Source: Spirulina sp.
GTDB taxonomy: Bacteria > Cyanobacteriota > Cyanobacteriia > Phormidesmidales > Phormidesmidaceae
DNA length: 64,000 nt
Direction: 5' to 3'
Assembly: GCA_044070495.1 (NCBI GenBank)
Contig: JBIPSI010000002.1
Coordinates: forward strand, 64,001 to 128,000
Numbering within the stretch: position 1 is the first letter of the stretch; the number at the start of each line of letters is the position of its first letter. Below, in pieces: positions 50,518-60,932 of this stretch. Under the pieces are notes generated by a model, which ran no database searches, had not been told where the DNA came from, and saw only the letters and a list, made by a program, of their open reading frames with translations. Position numbers and translations under genes: made by a program.

Positions 50518-52329
50518 ATGGCTTCACCCGCTCCGTCCGTTTCCGCCGATAGCCAGCCCATGGTGCTGCCCCGCACCAGCGAATCAGAGGCGCTGAAGCG
50601 GATTCGCCACACTTTTTCCCACGTCATGGCAATGGCGGTGCAACGCCTGTTTCCCAAGGCCCAGGTCACCATTGGCCCCTGGATTGACTACGGTTTTTAC
50701 TACGACTTCGACAGCCCCGAACCCTTCACCGAGGCGGATCTGAAGGCGATTAAGAAGGAGATGATTAAGATCATCAACAAAAAGTTGCCCGTCGTACAGG
50801 AAACCGTGACACGGGATGAGGCCCAGCGGCGCATCGAAGCCCTAGGGGAACCCTACAAGCTGGAAATTCTGCAAGACCTTCAGGAACCCATCACCCTCTA
50901 CCACCTGGGGGAGGAATGGTGGGATCTCTGCGCTGGGCCGCACGTCGCCACCACCGCCGACCTCAATCCCAAGGCCTTTGACCTGGAAAGCGTGGCCGGA
51001 GCCTACTGGCGGGGGGACGAAAAGCGGGCACAACTTCAGCGCATCTACGGCACCGCCTGGGAAACCCCGGAGCAACTCCAGGAATACAAACGGCGGCGGG
51101 AGGAGGCCAAACGGCGGGATCACCGCAAGCTGGGCAAGGAACTGGGCTTGTTTATCTTTGCTGATGAGGTGGGGCCAGGGCTGCCGCTATGGACACCCAA
51201 GGGCACCATCCTGCGGGAAACTTTGGAGAACTTCCTAAAACAGGAGCAGGTGAAGCGGGGCTATTTGCCTGTGGTAACGCCCCACATTGGCCGGGTGGAT
51301 CTGTTCAAAACCTCCGGCCACTGGCAGAAGTATAAGGACGACCTCTTCCCGATGATGGGCGAAAACGAGGACGAGAGCTTTGTGCTGAAGGCGATGAACT
51401 GCCCCTTCCACATCCAGCTCTACAAAGCCTCCCTGCGCTCCTACCGGGAATTGCCCCTGCGCTTGGCGGAATTTGGCACCGTCTACCGCTACGAGCAATC
51501 CGGCGAGCTGGGCGGCCTGACGCGGGTGCGGGGCTTCACCCAGGACGACGCCCACCTGTTTGTCACCCCCGACCAGTTGGACGATGAATTTCTCAAGGTG
51601 GTGGACTTGATCCAGTCCACCCTGCGGGCGCTGAAGTTGGATACGTCCTTCCGGGCACGGCTGAGCTTCCGGGATCCCGACTCCGACAAATACATCGGTT
51701 CTGAAGATGCCTGGAACAAGGCGGAAAACGCCATTCGTCGCGCCGTGGAAACTTTGGGAATGAAGCATTTTGAGGGCATTGGCGAAGCCGCCTTCTACGG
51801 CCCCAAGCTAGATTTCATCGTGCGGGATGCCCTGGATCGGGAATGGCAACTGGGCACCGTGCAGGTGGACTACAACCTACCCGAACGCTTCGACCTAGAA
51901 TACGTAGCCGAAGACGGTTCCCGCCAGCGTCCGGTGATGATCCACCGCGCCCCCTTTGGCTCCCTGGAGCGGCTGATCGGCATTTTGATTGAGGAATACG
52001 CCGGAGACTTTCCCCTTTGGCTATCCCCTGAGCAAATGCGGCTGCTGCCCGTCACCGAGGAACAAGCCAGCTTTGCCCAGGCCGTAGCGGATCAACTCCT
52101 GGCCCAAGGGGTACGGGTGATGGTGGATACCAGCGGGGATCGCCTCGGCAAAATGGTGCGCAACGCCGAAAAGGCCAAAGTGCCGATTATGGCGGTGATT
52201 GGGGCCAAGGAAGTGGAGGCCAACGCCCTCAGTATCCGCACCCGCGCCCAGGGCGAGCTGGGGTCGATCCCCGTCAGTGAGGTGCTTGAGCGCGTCACCC
52301 AGGCCATCCGCAAACGGGAAGACTTTTAG
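50518..52329 (+). CDS. thrS: Threonine--tRNA ligase
   Basis: DLCAGPHV, RDHRKLG, MNCPFH, RVRGFTQDDAH, HRAPFGSLER. Confidence 0.97.
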   Translation: MASPAPSVSADSQPMVLPRTSESEALKRIRHTFSHVMAMAVQRLFPKAQVTIGPWIDYGFYYDFDSPEPFTEADLKAIKKEMIKIINKKLPVVQETVTRDEAQRRIEALGEPYKLEILQDLQEPITLYHLGEEWWDLCAGPHVATTADLNPKAFDLESVAGAYWRGDEKRAQLQRIYGTAWETPEQLQEYKRRREEAKRRDHRKLGKELGLFIFADEVGPGLPLWTPKGTILRETLENFLKQEQVKRGYLPVVTPHIGRVDLFKTSGHWQKYKDDLFPMMGENEDESFVLKAMNCPFHIQLYKASLRSYRELPLRLAEFGTVYRYEQSGELGGLTRVRGFTQDDAHLFVTPDQLDDEFLKVVDLIQSTLRALKLDTSFRARLSFRDPDSDKYIGSEDAWNKAENAIRRAVETLGMKHFEGIGEAAFYGPKLDFIVRDALDREWQLGTVQVDYNLPERFDLEYVAEDGSRQRPVMIHRAPFGSLERLIGILIEEYAGDFPLWLSPEQMRLLPVTEEQASFAQAVADQLLAQGVRVMVDTSGDRLGKMVRNAEKAKVPIMAVIGAKEVEANALSIRTRAQGELGSIPVSEVLERVTQAIRKREDF

Positions 52330-52388
52330 GGTTCTTGAAGAACCCAGGGCCTGAAGATCCCAGGGTTCTCGAAGAACCCTGGGATCTT
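52328..52388 (+). terminator. Palindromic repeat/terminator after thrS
   Basis: AAGATCCCAGGGTTCTCGAAGAACCCTGGGATCTT plus a shorter copy; same family as 18451. Confidence 0.65.
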
Positions 52389-52397
52389 TGGTTAAAG

Positions 52398-52438
52398 GTA
52401 TCCTCAGCTACAATTGACCGCTTCCAACTCGCTAAGCT
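52398..52438 (+). promoter_or_regulatory. NtcA box plus -10 of biuH
   Basis: GTA-tcctcagc-TACA, 21 nt, then TAAGCT. Confidence 0.7.
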
Positions 52439-52470
52439 GGCTATGGCTTCTTTGGTTGGATGTGTTCCCT

Positions 52471-53166
52471 ATGGCTCGTTACGTTGCCGCCGATCCCTAC
52501 CCCTATCCCTACGATGGCGATTTGCGTCCTGAAAATACGGCCCTGATCATCATCGATATGCAGACCGACTTCTGTGGCGAAGGCGGCTATGTGGATAAAA
52601 TGGGCTACGACCTGTCGCTAACCCGTGCCCCCATTGAGCCGATTAAAGCGGTGCTGGCAATGATGCGGGATCAGGGGTTCACCATTATTCACACCCGAGA
52701 AGGTCATCGCCCCGACCTGTCGGATCTTCCGGCCAACAAGCGCTGGCGATCCCAGCAAATTGGGGCGGGCATTGGCGATCCTGGCCCCTGTGGACGTATT
52801 TTGGTGCGGGGGGAACCGGGCTGGGAGATCATCCCCGAACTGGCCCCCATGGAGGGCGAAGTGGTGATCGACAAGCCAGGGAAAGGATCCTTCTACGCCA
52901 CGGATTTAGACTTGATCCTGACGGTCAAGGGCATTCGCAACATCATTTTGACAGGCATTACCACCGATGTCTGCGTCCACACCACCATGCGCGACGCCAA
53001 CGACCGGGGCTATGAATGTCTGATGCTCTCCGACTGCACCGGGGCTACCGACTACGGCAACTACCTAGCGGCCCTAAAAATGATCAAAATGCAGGGCGGC
53101 GTATTCGGTTCCGTGGCCGAATCCGCTGAACTGCTGAAAGTTCTCGCCTCAGGGGGCTTAGCCTAG
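52471..53166 (+). CDS. biuH: Biuret amidohydrolase (isochorismatase-like cysteine hydrolase)
   Basis: [45 protein letters not shown] triad and BiuH-type signature residues. Confidence 0.82.
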   Translation: MARYVAADPYPYPYDGDLRPENTALIIIDMQTDFCGEGGYVDKMGYDLSLTRAPIEPIKAVLAMMRDQGFTIIHTREGHRPDLSDLPANKRWRSQQIGAGIGDPGPCGRILVRGEPGWEIIPELAPMEGEVVIDKPGKGSFYATDLDLILTVKGIRNIILTGITTDVCVHTTMRDANDRGYECLMLSDCTGATDYGNYLAALKMIKMQGGVFGSVAESAELLKVLASGGLA

Positions 53167-53182
53167 CTCCAAGGCTTGACCC

Positions 53183-53213
53183 GCATGGGTTACGCTCCCC
53201 TAACCCATCCTAG
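53183..53213 (-). repeat. REP-like palindrome
   Basis: GCATGGGTTACGCTCCCCTAACCCATCCTAG, copy of 49751. Confidence 0.7.
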
Positions 53214-53247
53214 GGAGTCTGAGATGACGCTGATCCTGGATCCCTCC

Positions 53248-53898
53248 TTATCGACGGCGTTCCTGGAGCTTGCGATAGACGTCCTTGAGGTCAACGCCGT
53301 GGTGGGCGAGGGCGACGAGGGTGTGGTAAAACAGGTCGGCCACTTCTCCGGCGATGGCGGCGGGGTCGTCGTCTTTGCAGGCCATCACCACTTCGGCGGA
53401 TTCTTCGCCAACTTTTTTGAGGATTTTGTTGTCGCCCCCGGCCAGCAGTTTGCAGGTGTAGGACTCAGGGTTCGGGTGATCCCGTCGGTCGCAAATGACG
53501 CCAAACACCTGGGAGAGCGTATCCGCCGGAGGGGGAACCTTGCCCTCGTTGACCTGGTGGAAGCAGCTACGTTCTCCGGTGTGGCAGGCTACATCGCCCA
53601 TTTGCTCCACCGTCACCAGCAGGGCATCGCTGTCGCAGTCGTAGCGGATAGACTGCACCCGCTGCACATGGCCAGAGGTACCGCCCTTGTGCCAAAATTC
53701 CTGGCGAGACCGGCTCCAGAACCAGGTTTCTCCGGTCTCCATCGTTTTTTGTAAGGATTCCGCATTCATCCAGGCCATCATCAGCACCGTTCCGTCCAGG
53801 TAGTCTTGCACAATGGCTGGTACGAGCCCTTGATCGTTGTAACGAATGCGATCAACGGGGACAGCGTTGGAAAGTTCGGCGGAGGAGGAAATGGCCAT
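53248..53898 (-). CDS. hisIE: Bifunctional phosphoribosyl-AMP cyclohydrolase / phosphoribosyl-ATP diphosphatase
   Basis: [31 protein letters not shown]. Confidence 0.96.
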   Translation of the reverse strand: MAISSSAELSNAVPVDRIRYNDQGLVPAIVQDYLDGTVLMMAWMNAESLQKTMETGETWFWSRSRQEFWHKGGTSGHVQRVQSIRYDCDSDALLVTVEQMGDVACHTGERSCFHQVNEGKVPPPADTLSQVFGVICDRRDHPNPESYTCKLLAGGDNKILKKVGEESAEVVMACKDDDPAAIAGEVADLFYHTLVALAHHGVDLKDVYRKLQERRR

Positions 53899-54053
53899 AG
53901 CAAACGTGGGCGGACTTACTTGTCCACTTTAGGAGATTTCTAGGGGACTTTGAGGGGGTGAAACAGATTAAATGCAAGACCCCGTAGAACGGGCTAGCAC
54001 AGCATAACCCATACGGGGCTAAGAACAGAGGCCTATCGGTAGAGGAATTAAAA

Positions 54054-54126
<73 letters not shown>

Positions 54127-54292
54127 GTGCGTTTCACGATTAGTAATACTATCAGAGAACCTGCTGGTTTTGGGCATCCTCCCAGAATTTTCCTAATTTG
54201 GATTGACCTCAGAGGTTCGCAGACCCCGGAAAACTAGGCCCTTGGGGCCGGAACCCCTTGCCTTTGGGGCTGATCTTGATACACCATGGGGC

Positions 54293-54934
54293 ATGGCTTC
54301 AGGTCGCACCCATGATCGCATTACCCTTTGGACGCTGCCGTTGGTGGTGCTCTTGTCCTTTCGGGTCACGCTGGATGGCTGGCTGACGGCGATCATCTGC
54401 CTGGGATTTTTGCTAGGGGGCTGGATGCTTGGCCCCGATTTAGATATTCATTCCGTGCAGTATAAGCGCTGGGGCTGGTTGCGCTGGATTTGGCTGCCCT
54501 ACCGGGGTAGTATGCGCCATCGGTCGCGCTGGTCCCATGGGCCGATCATTGGCACCGTGATCCGGGTGATTTATGCCTCGTTCTGGCTAGGGTTGATCGG
54601 GCTGGTGGTGGTGGATGTCTTGAATAGTGCGGGCCGCACCGCTCTGACCTGGGAAGCCCTGGTTGGGGGGATGGGGGATCATCTGCGTCGCCATTGGCCC
54701 CGCTGGCTGGCGCTGGTGGTGGGTTTAGAACTGGGTGCCCTCAGCCATTACACGGCGGATTGGCTGTCTTCGACCTGGAAGCGACAGACGAAGACCGCTA
54801 AAAAGGCCGCTTCTTCTAGGTCAGGCTCCAGCCGATCCACTGGGAAGAAAACACCCTCCAAATCCAAACCGTCGGCCCCCCAGGGCAAAACCCGCCGCAC
54901 CAGTCCTAAAAACAGACGATCCCCTAAGGCTTAA
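54293..54934 (+). CDS. Putative metal-binding membrane protein (DUF2227)
   Basis: SGRTHDRIT, GPDLD, HRSRWSHGPIIGT, SHYTAD; basic low-complexity tail. Confidence 0.82.
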   Translation: MASGRTHDRITLWTLPLVVLLSFRVTLDGWLTAIICLGFLLGGWMLGPDLDIHSVQYKRWGWLRWIWLPYRGSMRHRSRWSHGPIIGTVIRVIYASFWLGLIGLVVVDVLNSAGRTALTWEALVGGMGDHLRRHWPRWLALVVGLELGALSHYTADWLSSTWKRQTKTAKKAASSRSGSSRSTGKKTPSKSKPSAPQGKTRRTSPKNRRSPKA

Positions 54935-54970
54935 TACCCAATCCTGCTTGGCTACCCCCGATTCTCTAAT

Positions 54971-55040
54971 GGTGCATTGCGGCTTATCAAGGTGATTAGG
55001 ATGTAGCCAGATAGGGGTTAGAGCCGCGAATGCACCCTAC
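54971..55040. repeat. REP-like long hairpin
   Basis: GGTGCATTGCGGCT pairs with AGCCGCGAATGCACC-CTAC. Confidence 0.6.
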
Positions 55041-55136
55041 GATTCTGGCTTTTGGGAATCGGGGTTATGGGATTCGGATTTGGTACAAGGCTCCCCAAAC
55101 AGTACCGACTTGGTAAGCTATTCCCTACTATTCTGC

Positions 55137-55233
55137 TTGACAAAACCTGCCAGAACCGAGATCCGTCAAAGGGTCAGGAGACCTGACCCCTACAGGATCC
55201 CAATATTGTAGGGGCGCAGTTTCCGCGCCCGGT
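55137..55233. repeat. REP doublet with conserved flank
   Basis: AGGGTCAGGAGACCTGACCCCTAC, spacer, GTAGGGGCGC..GCGCCC. Confidence 0.75.
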
Positions 55234-55390
55234 GCAGGATCTTTTGTCCGTCAACCAGGCCGCCCCCTGACGTTCCGATGGACAATGCCGCTTGAACCCA
55301 AATATCCCTGTAATCTGGAGACAAACTGGGTGAGCCAGGGCAAGCCCTAGGCCAAGCGAGTTTTTGTCCAAATACCCACAGGCAAACGCC

Positions 55391-56323
55391 ATGATTTACA
55401 GCTTTGGCAGTCTCAATATGGATTTGGTGGGTCAGGCTCCTCGGCTGCCGCTACCGGGGGAAACCCTGCTGGGCACACAATTTACCACGGTGCCGGGGGG
55501 CAAGGGGGCAAACCAGGCGGTGGCGGCGGCGCGGCTGGGCCTACCCACGACCATGATTGGCCGGGTGGGCAATGATAGTTTTGGCCATAGTCTAATCAAC
55601 AGCCTGAATGCGGCAGGGGTCGCCGCCGAAGCCATTGGTATAGACACCAAGGCCCCGACAGGGGTAGCGCTGATTGTGGTAGATAACGCTGGCCAGAACC
55701 AGATTGTGGTGCTTCCCGGTGCCAATGGCCAGGTGGGACATCAAGAGGTACAAGGGCTGACGGAACGGCTGCGGTCGGGGGATGGGGTGCTGCTGCAACT
55801 GGAGGTTCCTATGGCGGCGGTCTTGCAGGCGGCCCAGGTGGCCCAACGTAAAGGGGCCATGGTGATTCTCGATCCGGCCCCGGCTCCCGATCATCTGCCG
55901 GATGACCTGTGGTTAGCGGTGGATTGGCTCACCCCCAACCAAGGGGAAGCGAGCCAACTGGTGGGCTTTGCCGTTACCGATGTCCCGTCGGCCTGGGCGG
56001 CAGCCCAAGCCTTGCAGCGACGTGGCCCCCGCCAGGTGGTGGTCAAACTGGGGGAGGGGGGCGCGGTGGTAGCGACGCCCACGGGTGGGTTTCACCAGCC
56101 CGCCATTGCCGTCCATGCGGTGGATACGGTGGCGGCGGGCGATGCCTTTAATGGGGGGCTAGCGGCGGGCTTGGCCACGAATCTATCCCCAGAACAGGCC
56201 ATTCAGTGGGCGACAGCGGTGGCCGCCTACGCCGTCACCCAGCGTGGTGCCCAGCGGGCCATGCCCACCCGTTCCCAAGCCGAGGATCTCCTAGCCCGTG
56301 CGCCCGATCCTATTTATTTCTAG
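55391..56323 (+). CDS. rbsK: Ribokinase
   Basis: GSLNMD, GGKGANQAVAAARLG, DTVAAGDAF. Confidence 0.9.
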   Translation: MIYSFGSLNMDLVGQAPRLPLPGETLLGTQFTTVPGGKGANQAVAAARLGLPTTMIGRVGNDSFGHSLINSLNAAGVAAEAIGIDTKAPTGVALIVVDNAGQNQIVVLPGANGQVGHQEVQGLTERLRSGDGVLLQLEVPMAAVLQAAQVAQRKGAMVILDPAPAPDHLPDDLWLAVDWLTPNQGEASQLVGFAVTDVPSAWAAAQALQRRGPRQVVVKLGEGGAVVATPTGGFHQPAIAVHAVDTVAAGDAFNGGLAAGLATNLSPEQAIQWATAVAAYAVTQRGAQRAMPTRSQAEDLLARAPDPIYF

Positions 56324-56336
56324 GGAGAACGGTGGC

Positions 56337-57536
56337 TTAGCCCTGGGGATTGATGGTGGCGATCACTTCCCCCGTGAGCTGAGTGTCATAGCCGCCTAGG
56401 TGCTCTAACTGGGACAAGACCCGGCGGTGACCGAGGGTGGCGAGCAACTGTTGCACCGGGGGTTCCTCTATGTAGGGCTTGAGGGTAACCAAATCGTAGT
56501 GGGAGGAGCGCAGAGGAATAAAGCCAAGCTGAAAGGTTTCCGCAACGGAGGCGGCACTCACGCCCACATCCGCCTGTCCGGTCAGAATAGCCTCCGCCAC
56601 CGCCTGGTGGGAATAGGCCACAGGCCCAGTCCCCAGCCAGGAGAGACCGACCTCGGCCATGGCCTGATCCAGAACGTGGCGACTCCCTGCCCCCGGCTCG
56701 CGATTGATCAGCACCACATCCTCTCGCCCCAGATCGGCCACGCCTTGAATGCCCTTGGGGTTGCCAGGGGCCACCAGCAAGCCCTCCTGCCAAACGCCTA
56801 AGTTGACAATCACGGCGGCTTGGTCGATGGATTGATCGGCCAAGGCTTGACGCACAAAGGGCAGGTTAAAGCTTTGAGTGTGGGGGCAAAACAGGTGCAT
56901 CCCGGCGATATGAACTTCGCCAAGCAGCAGCCGTTGGAGGGCATCTTGGCTGTTGGCAAAGGTGAGGTGAACCCGCAGGCCAGGATGCCAACGCTCCGCC
57001 GCCTTCGCCCACAGGGACAGGGCCGGGGCACAGCCCGCCACCACCACCGTATTGAGCAGGTTGGCGGCATCGTCTAGCAGGGTCACCGCCACGGGGTCTT
57101 GGCCCTTGGCGGCAGCGTCCCCTTGTCCCTGGGCAGGGCTGAGGGCTGTGTCCCCAGATGGGTCTCCACTGGCATAGACCTCTCCATCCGCCGGGATTAA
57201 TTCCATCCGAAAGGCATCGGCCCCCACGAGGGGATGGGCCACCCAGCGCCCCCCCACCTGGGCCAAACTCACCCGCAATGGACTTCCCTGGGGGGTTCCT
57301 TGGGCGGGCATGGCCATGATTTGGGTGGCTTCCTCCGCCAGCCAAAACAAATCCTCGACCCGACAGCCCAGGCCCTTGGCCAACCGCAGGGCCACGGTGA
57401 TGGATAGGGCCGTCTGTCCCGATTCCACCGCCCCAATGGTTTGCCGACTAACCCCAGCCATGGCCGCCAAGTCCTGTTGACTTAGCCCTAGCCGCAACCG
57501 GGTTTGCTTTAGCCCATTATTCAATCCAACCTTCAC
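56337..57536 (-). CDS. XRE-HTH regulator with molybdate-binding-like (PBP) domain
   Basis: LSQQDLAAMAGVSRQTIGAVE HTH; NREPGAGSR; GYDT C-terminus. Confidence 0.85.
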   Translation of the reverse strand: MKVGLNNGLKQTRLRLGLSQQDLAAMAGVSRQTIGAVESGQTALSITVALRLAKGLGCRVEDLFWLAEEATQIMAMPAQGTPQGSPLRVSLAQVGGRWVAHPLVGADAFRMELIPADGEVYASGDPSGDTALSPAQGQGDAAAKGQDPVAVTLLDDAANLLNTVVVAGCAPALSLWAKAAERWHPGLRVHLTFANSQDALQRLLLGEVHIAGMHLFCPHTQSFNLPFVRQALADQSIDQAAVIVNLGVWQEGLLVAPGNPKGIQGVADLGREDVVLINREPGAGSRHVLDQAMAEVGLSWLGTGPVAYSHQAVAEAILTGQADVGVSAASVAETFQLGFIPLRSSHYDLVTLKPYIEEPPVQQLLATLGHRRVLSQLEHLGGYDTQLTGEVIATINPQG

Positions 57537-57683
57537 GCTCCGTTCCTCGCCATCCTATGCGCTAGATCTTCCCCGTGGCACCCCCGTCCTTGGTTTTGAG
57601 GATCCCCAGGATTCGGGCGAGTCCTGCCTAGGCCCGATCATCCCACACCACCCTAGGTCTGGGAGGCCTAGATTCTGCGATGC

Positions 57684-59798
57684 CTAGGGTGCGGTCTCCT
57701 CTGCCCCTTGCCAAATCCGCACTAGGGGTTGGTTGCCGCCAATGGTGACGAGGTGGCCATTGGGCTGGACGGTGAACCGCCAAATATCCGTAGAAAACCC
57801 GGTAATTTGCCGTATGGGGGCCTGCTGATGCAAATCCCACACCAAAATCACCTTGTCGGCATCGGCGCTCCACACCTGAGGCCCATCCACGCGCAGGGTA
57901 TTTACGTAGCTCTGGTGTCCCTCTAGCACCGCCTGGGAGGTCTGGGTGGTGAGATTCCACAGCCGTACCGTTTTGTCGGCGGAGGCGGTGATTAGGGTTT
58001 GGTTATCGTCGCTGATGGCGATGCGGTTCACAAAGCTGGTGTGCCCTTCTAGGGTAATCGGGGTGGGGACAAGGGCCGGATTGGCCGTATCGAGGAGGGC
58101 GAGATCCCACAGTTGCAGGCTGGCCCCGCCGCTGACTAGCCAGCGGTTATCTCGGCTAAAGAGGAGGTCGTTGATGGTGCCGTCGGCCTGGAAGGTGTAG
58201 CTGGGGCCAGATTGGGCCATGGCCGCGAGGTTGAGGCTGCCGTCTGCGGTGACGAGGGGCCATAGTTTAATGGTGCCGTCGCCATCGGCACTGGCCAACC
58301 AGCGGTTGTTGTTGCTTACTTCCACCGCCGTGGTGGGGATGGCATGGGCGTTGTCAATCTGGCCGAGGGGGTTGCCATCGGGCAAGGCCCAGAACCGCAG
58401 GGTGCGGTCATCCCCGGTGCTAATCAGGACGGACTGATCGGTGGTGGCCGCCAAGGATTTCACAACGTTGGTGTGTTGATCCAGGGTTTTGATCAGCGTT
58501 CCTGCATCGAGATCCCAAAGGCGGATGGTTTCGTCGGCGCTGGCTGTAATCAGGGTTTTACCATCCCGCAGCAGCAGCAGATCATAAATATCGCCCCGAT
58601 GCCCCTCCATCGCCAAAATCGGGGTAACTTCCACCTGCTCTAGGGTGGGCTGGGTGACGGCAGCGGGGTTGCCCGCTGATCCCAGATCCCGACTGAGGGC
58701 GTACCAGGTCAGGGGAACCGCTAGGGCGAGGCCCGTGATTCCCGCCAACAGCCAGGGCCGACCCGCCAACCAGGGCGGCAAAAAGCTGCGGGTGGGGTCG
58801 GGTCGGGTGGGAGATCCGTGGGGATCAAGGGTGGTTTGGGGCCAAGGGGTTGGAGGCTGAGGGGGACGGGGGGGACGGGTGATCTGGCCAGCGCGAATTT
58901 GCCCTAGGCGTTCGAGGATGGCGGCAGTGGTGGGCGGACGCTGGGCGGCGGCGGGGGCAATCAGTTCATCTACAAAGTCGGCCAGGTCGGGGGAAATTTG
59001 GGGGGCATGCTTGCGCCACTGGAAGGCATTGGTGCGGGGATCGTAGATAGTCGGATCGTTGGGCAGCTTGGCCGTGAGCAGATAAATTAACGTGCGGCCC
59101 ATGGCGTAAAAGTCGGACTGGGGCACCGCTTGGCCCTGCTCTTGCTCCGGGGGAGTGTAGCCCGCCGAACTCACGGTGGTGATATTGCTATCTCCAAGCT
59201 GGGCCATGTAGGTTTGGGTCATCTCGCGGGCGGCCCCAAAATCTACCAGCACCAACTGCCCCGACGACCGCAGCATAATATTTTCGGGCTTGATGTCGCG
59301 GTGAAAATAGTGATGCTGATGTACCAGATGCAGCACATCCGTCAGTTGGGTGAGCCACAGCATGGCCTGCTTTTCGCTGATGGGATGGTTGCCCTGCTGC
59401 ACCATCCACTGCTTCAGGTTGGGGCCATCGATCTGCTCCATCACCAGGCAGTGGCAGGGTTCAGAACTGTCTTTCGGAAAGTACTGGAAATAACCATCGG
59501 GTTCCACATGGGGCACCCCCGGATGGTTGAGCTGGCCGAGCACCTGGGCCTCGCGCCGAAACAGCTCTAGCACCTTATCGTTGTGGTTGTAGCTCGCCTT
59601 CAGCACCTTGAGGATTTTGGGAATATTCCGCTCGTAGGCTTCATAGACCTGGCCAAAGCCGCTCTGGTTGCTAATCAACCGCATCACCCGGTAGCGCCCC
59701 TGCAACAGCAGATCAGAACCACAGGCCTGACAGACCTGGCTGGCACTGTTTTCTGGGTGATTGGGCTGGTGACAATGCGGGTTTATACAAAGGCTCAT
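57684..59798 (-). CDS. Ser/Thr protein kinase with WD40 repeats
   Basis: CINPHC zinc-ribbon start, HRDIKPEN, DFG, TM helix, GH...WD repeats. Confidence 0.92.
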   Translation of the reverse strand: MSLCINPHCHQPNHPENSASQVCQACGSDLLLQGRYRVMRLISNQSGFGQVYEAYERNIPKILKVLKASYNHNDKVLELFRREAQVLGQLNHPGVPHVEPDGYFQYFPKDSSEPCHCLVMEQIDGPNLKQWMVQQGNHPISEKQAMLWLTQLTDVLHLVHQHHYFHRDIKPENIMLRSSGQLVLVDFGAAREMTQTYMAQLGDSNITTVSSAGYTPPEQEQGQAVPQSDFYAMGRTLIYLLTAKLPNDPTIYDPRTNAFQWRKHAPQISPDLADFVDELIAPAAAQRPPTTAAILERLGQIRAGQITRPPRPPQPPTPWPQTTLDPHGSPTRPDPTRSFLPPWLAGRPWLLAGITGLALAVPLTWYALSRDLGSAGNPAAVTQPTLEQVEVTPILAMEGHRGDIYDLLLLRDGKTLITASADETIRLWDLDAGTLIKTLDQHTNVVKSLAATTDQSVLISTGDDRTLRFWALPDGNPLGQIDNAHAIPTTAVEVSNNNRWLASADGDGTIKLWPLVTADGSLNLAAMAQSGPSYTFQADGTINDLLFSRDNRWLVSGGASLQLWDLALLDTANPALVPTPITLEGHTSFVNRIAISDDNQTLITASADKTVRLWNLTTQTSQAVLEGHQSYVNTLRVDGPQVWSADADKVILVWDLHQQAPIRQITGFSTDIWRFTVQPNGHLVTIGGNQPLVRIWQGAEETAP

Positions 59799-60133
59799 AA
59801 CCAACGGCAGAATGCATCCCCAAGTGTGATCCAGTGTTCCACGGAACGGCACGGATGTACCTATCGACCGGGTTTTCTTTTGAATTGCCCCCGCCCCGCC
59901 CCGCGAAGCCCAGGACTCGAAGTCCAAGGCTCAGAGCCGAAATCCTCTCAAGAGGATTCGGGGGCAAGTCTTGTTGCCTGCTGAAGCAGACTTTTGCGGT
60001 GAGCCAGGGTGTTCACGCCCTAGTTGTGGATTCCATGACTTCCTTTTTAGAAGGCATCCGCCTTCAGTTGGCCTACGGGGAGAGGGGCGTTAGAAAGGCT
60101 CAAAGTCTCTCCATGGAGAGGATTATCCTGGGC

Positions 60134-60796
60134 CTAGGGCTTATTTTTGAGGTAAGCAAAGACGGATTTATCGCCAATGTCGGGCACAAGGGGTTGGGTG
60201 AGTTTGCGGATTACAAACACGCCAAACAGCAGTGCCCAGAGGATCAAAAGCCCCTGTTCTAGCCTCCCAGGGAACAGGCTAAACAGGTGACCCAAAAGCA
60301 GCACGGGCACCAGGGGCGTGAGCAGTTTGGCTTCTAGACGGTTAAAACAAAAGGCTTCTTTGACGTAGATTCCAGTCAGGGCGGCGAAGGTGAAGCCCAT
60401 GCCCCAGAGGGTTTGGGGATAGGTCACTACGGTTTCTGCCAGGGGGCCATCGATGCCGTGGGCAATGGCGAGGGTGGCCAGTCCGCCGATCAGCCAAAAC
60501 CCTTGCAGCAGGCGGTGTAGGGGGATGAGGTAGATATGAATGGTGGCAAGACTCAAGCCTAGGCCCAACCAAAGGAGGGTGTAGCACAGGCTGATGGCTT
60601 GAACGAAACTAGGATCGTTGGCAAAGCCTAGGCCTAGCCCCACGCCCAGGATGAGTCCTAGGGCCGCTGCCGCCAGACCACTCCGGTAGAGCTTGACCCC
60701 TAGACGATCTTGGTCGGTGATGGTGTAGTCGCCAAACTGGCCCTGGTAAACCCCTGGGGATTCGGGCCTAGCTGTCTCGGAAGCCGCGTTTGCCAT
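60134..60796 (-). CDS. DUF2301 membrane protein
   Basis: YQGQFG, IHIYL.PLH, KEAFCF, DIGDKSVF. Confidence 0.85.
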   Translation of the reverse strand: MANAASETARPESPGVYQGQFGDYTITDQDRLGVKLYRSGLAAAALGLILGVGLGLGFANDPSFVQAISLCYTLLWLGLGLSLATIHIYLIPLHRLLQGFWLIGGLATLAIAHGIDGPLAETVVTYPQTLWGMGFTFAALTGIYVKEAFCFNRLEAKLLTPLVPVLLLGHLFSLFPGRLEQGLLILWALLFGVFVIRKLTQPLVPDIGDKSVFAYLKNKP

Positions 60797-60932
60797 GGGA
60801 ACCTCTCGATAAAAGCAGGACGATGGGGGCGGGCTGGGTTTGCGCCTCATTCAACCATCCTTAGCCTAACCGCAGCCCAACCGCACCGGATCCTAGACTA
60901 GGGCAGCGTTGGACGAGGGGTGGCCCCATCCC

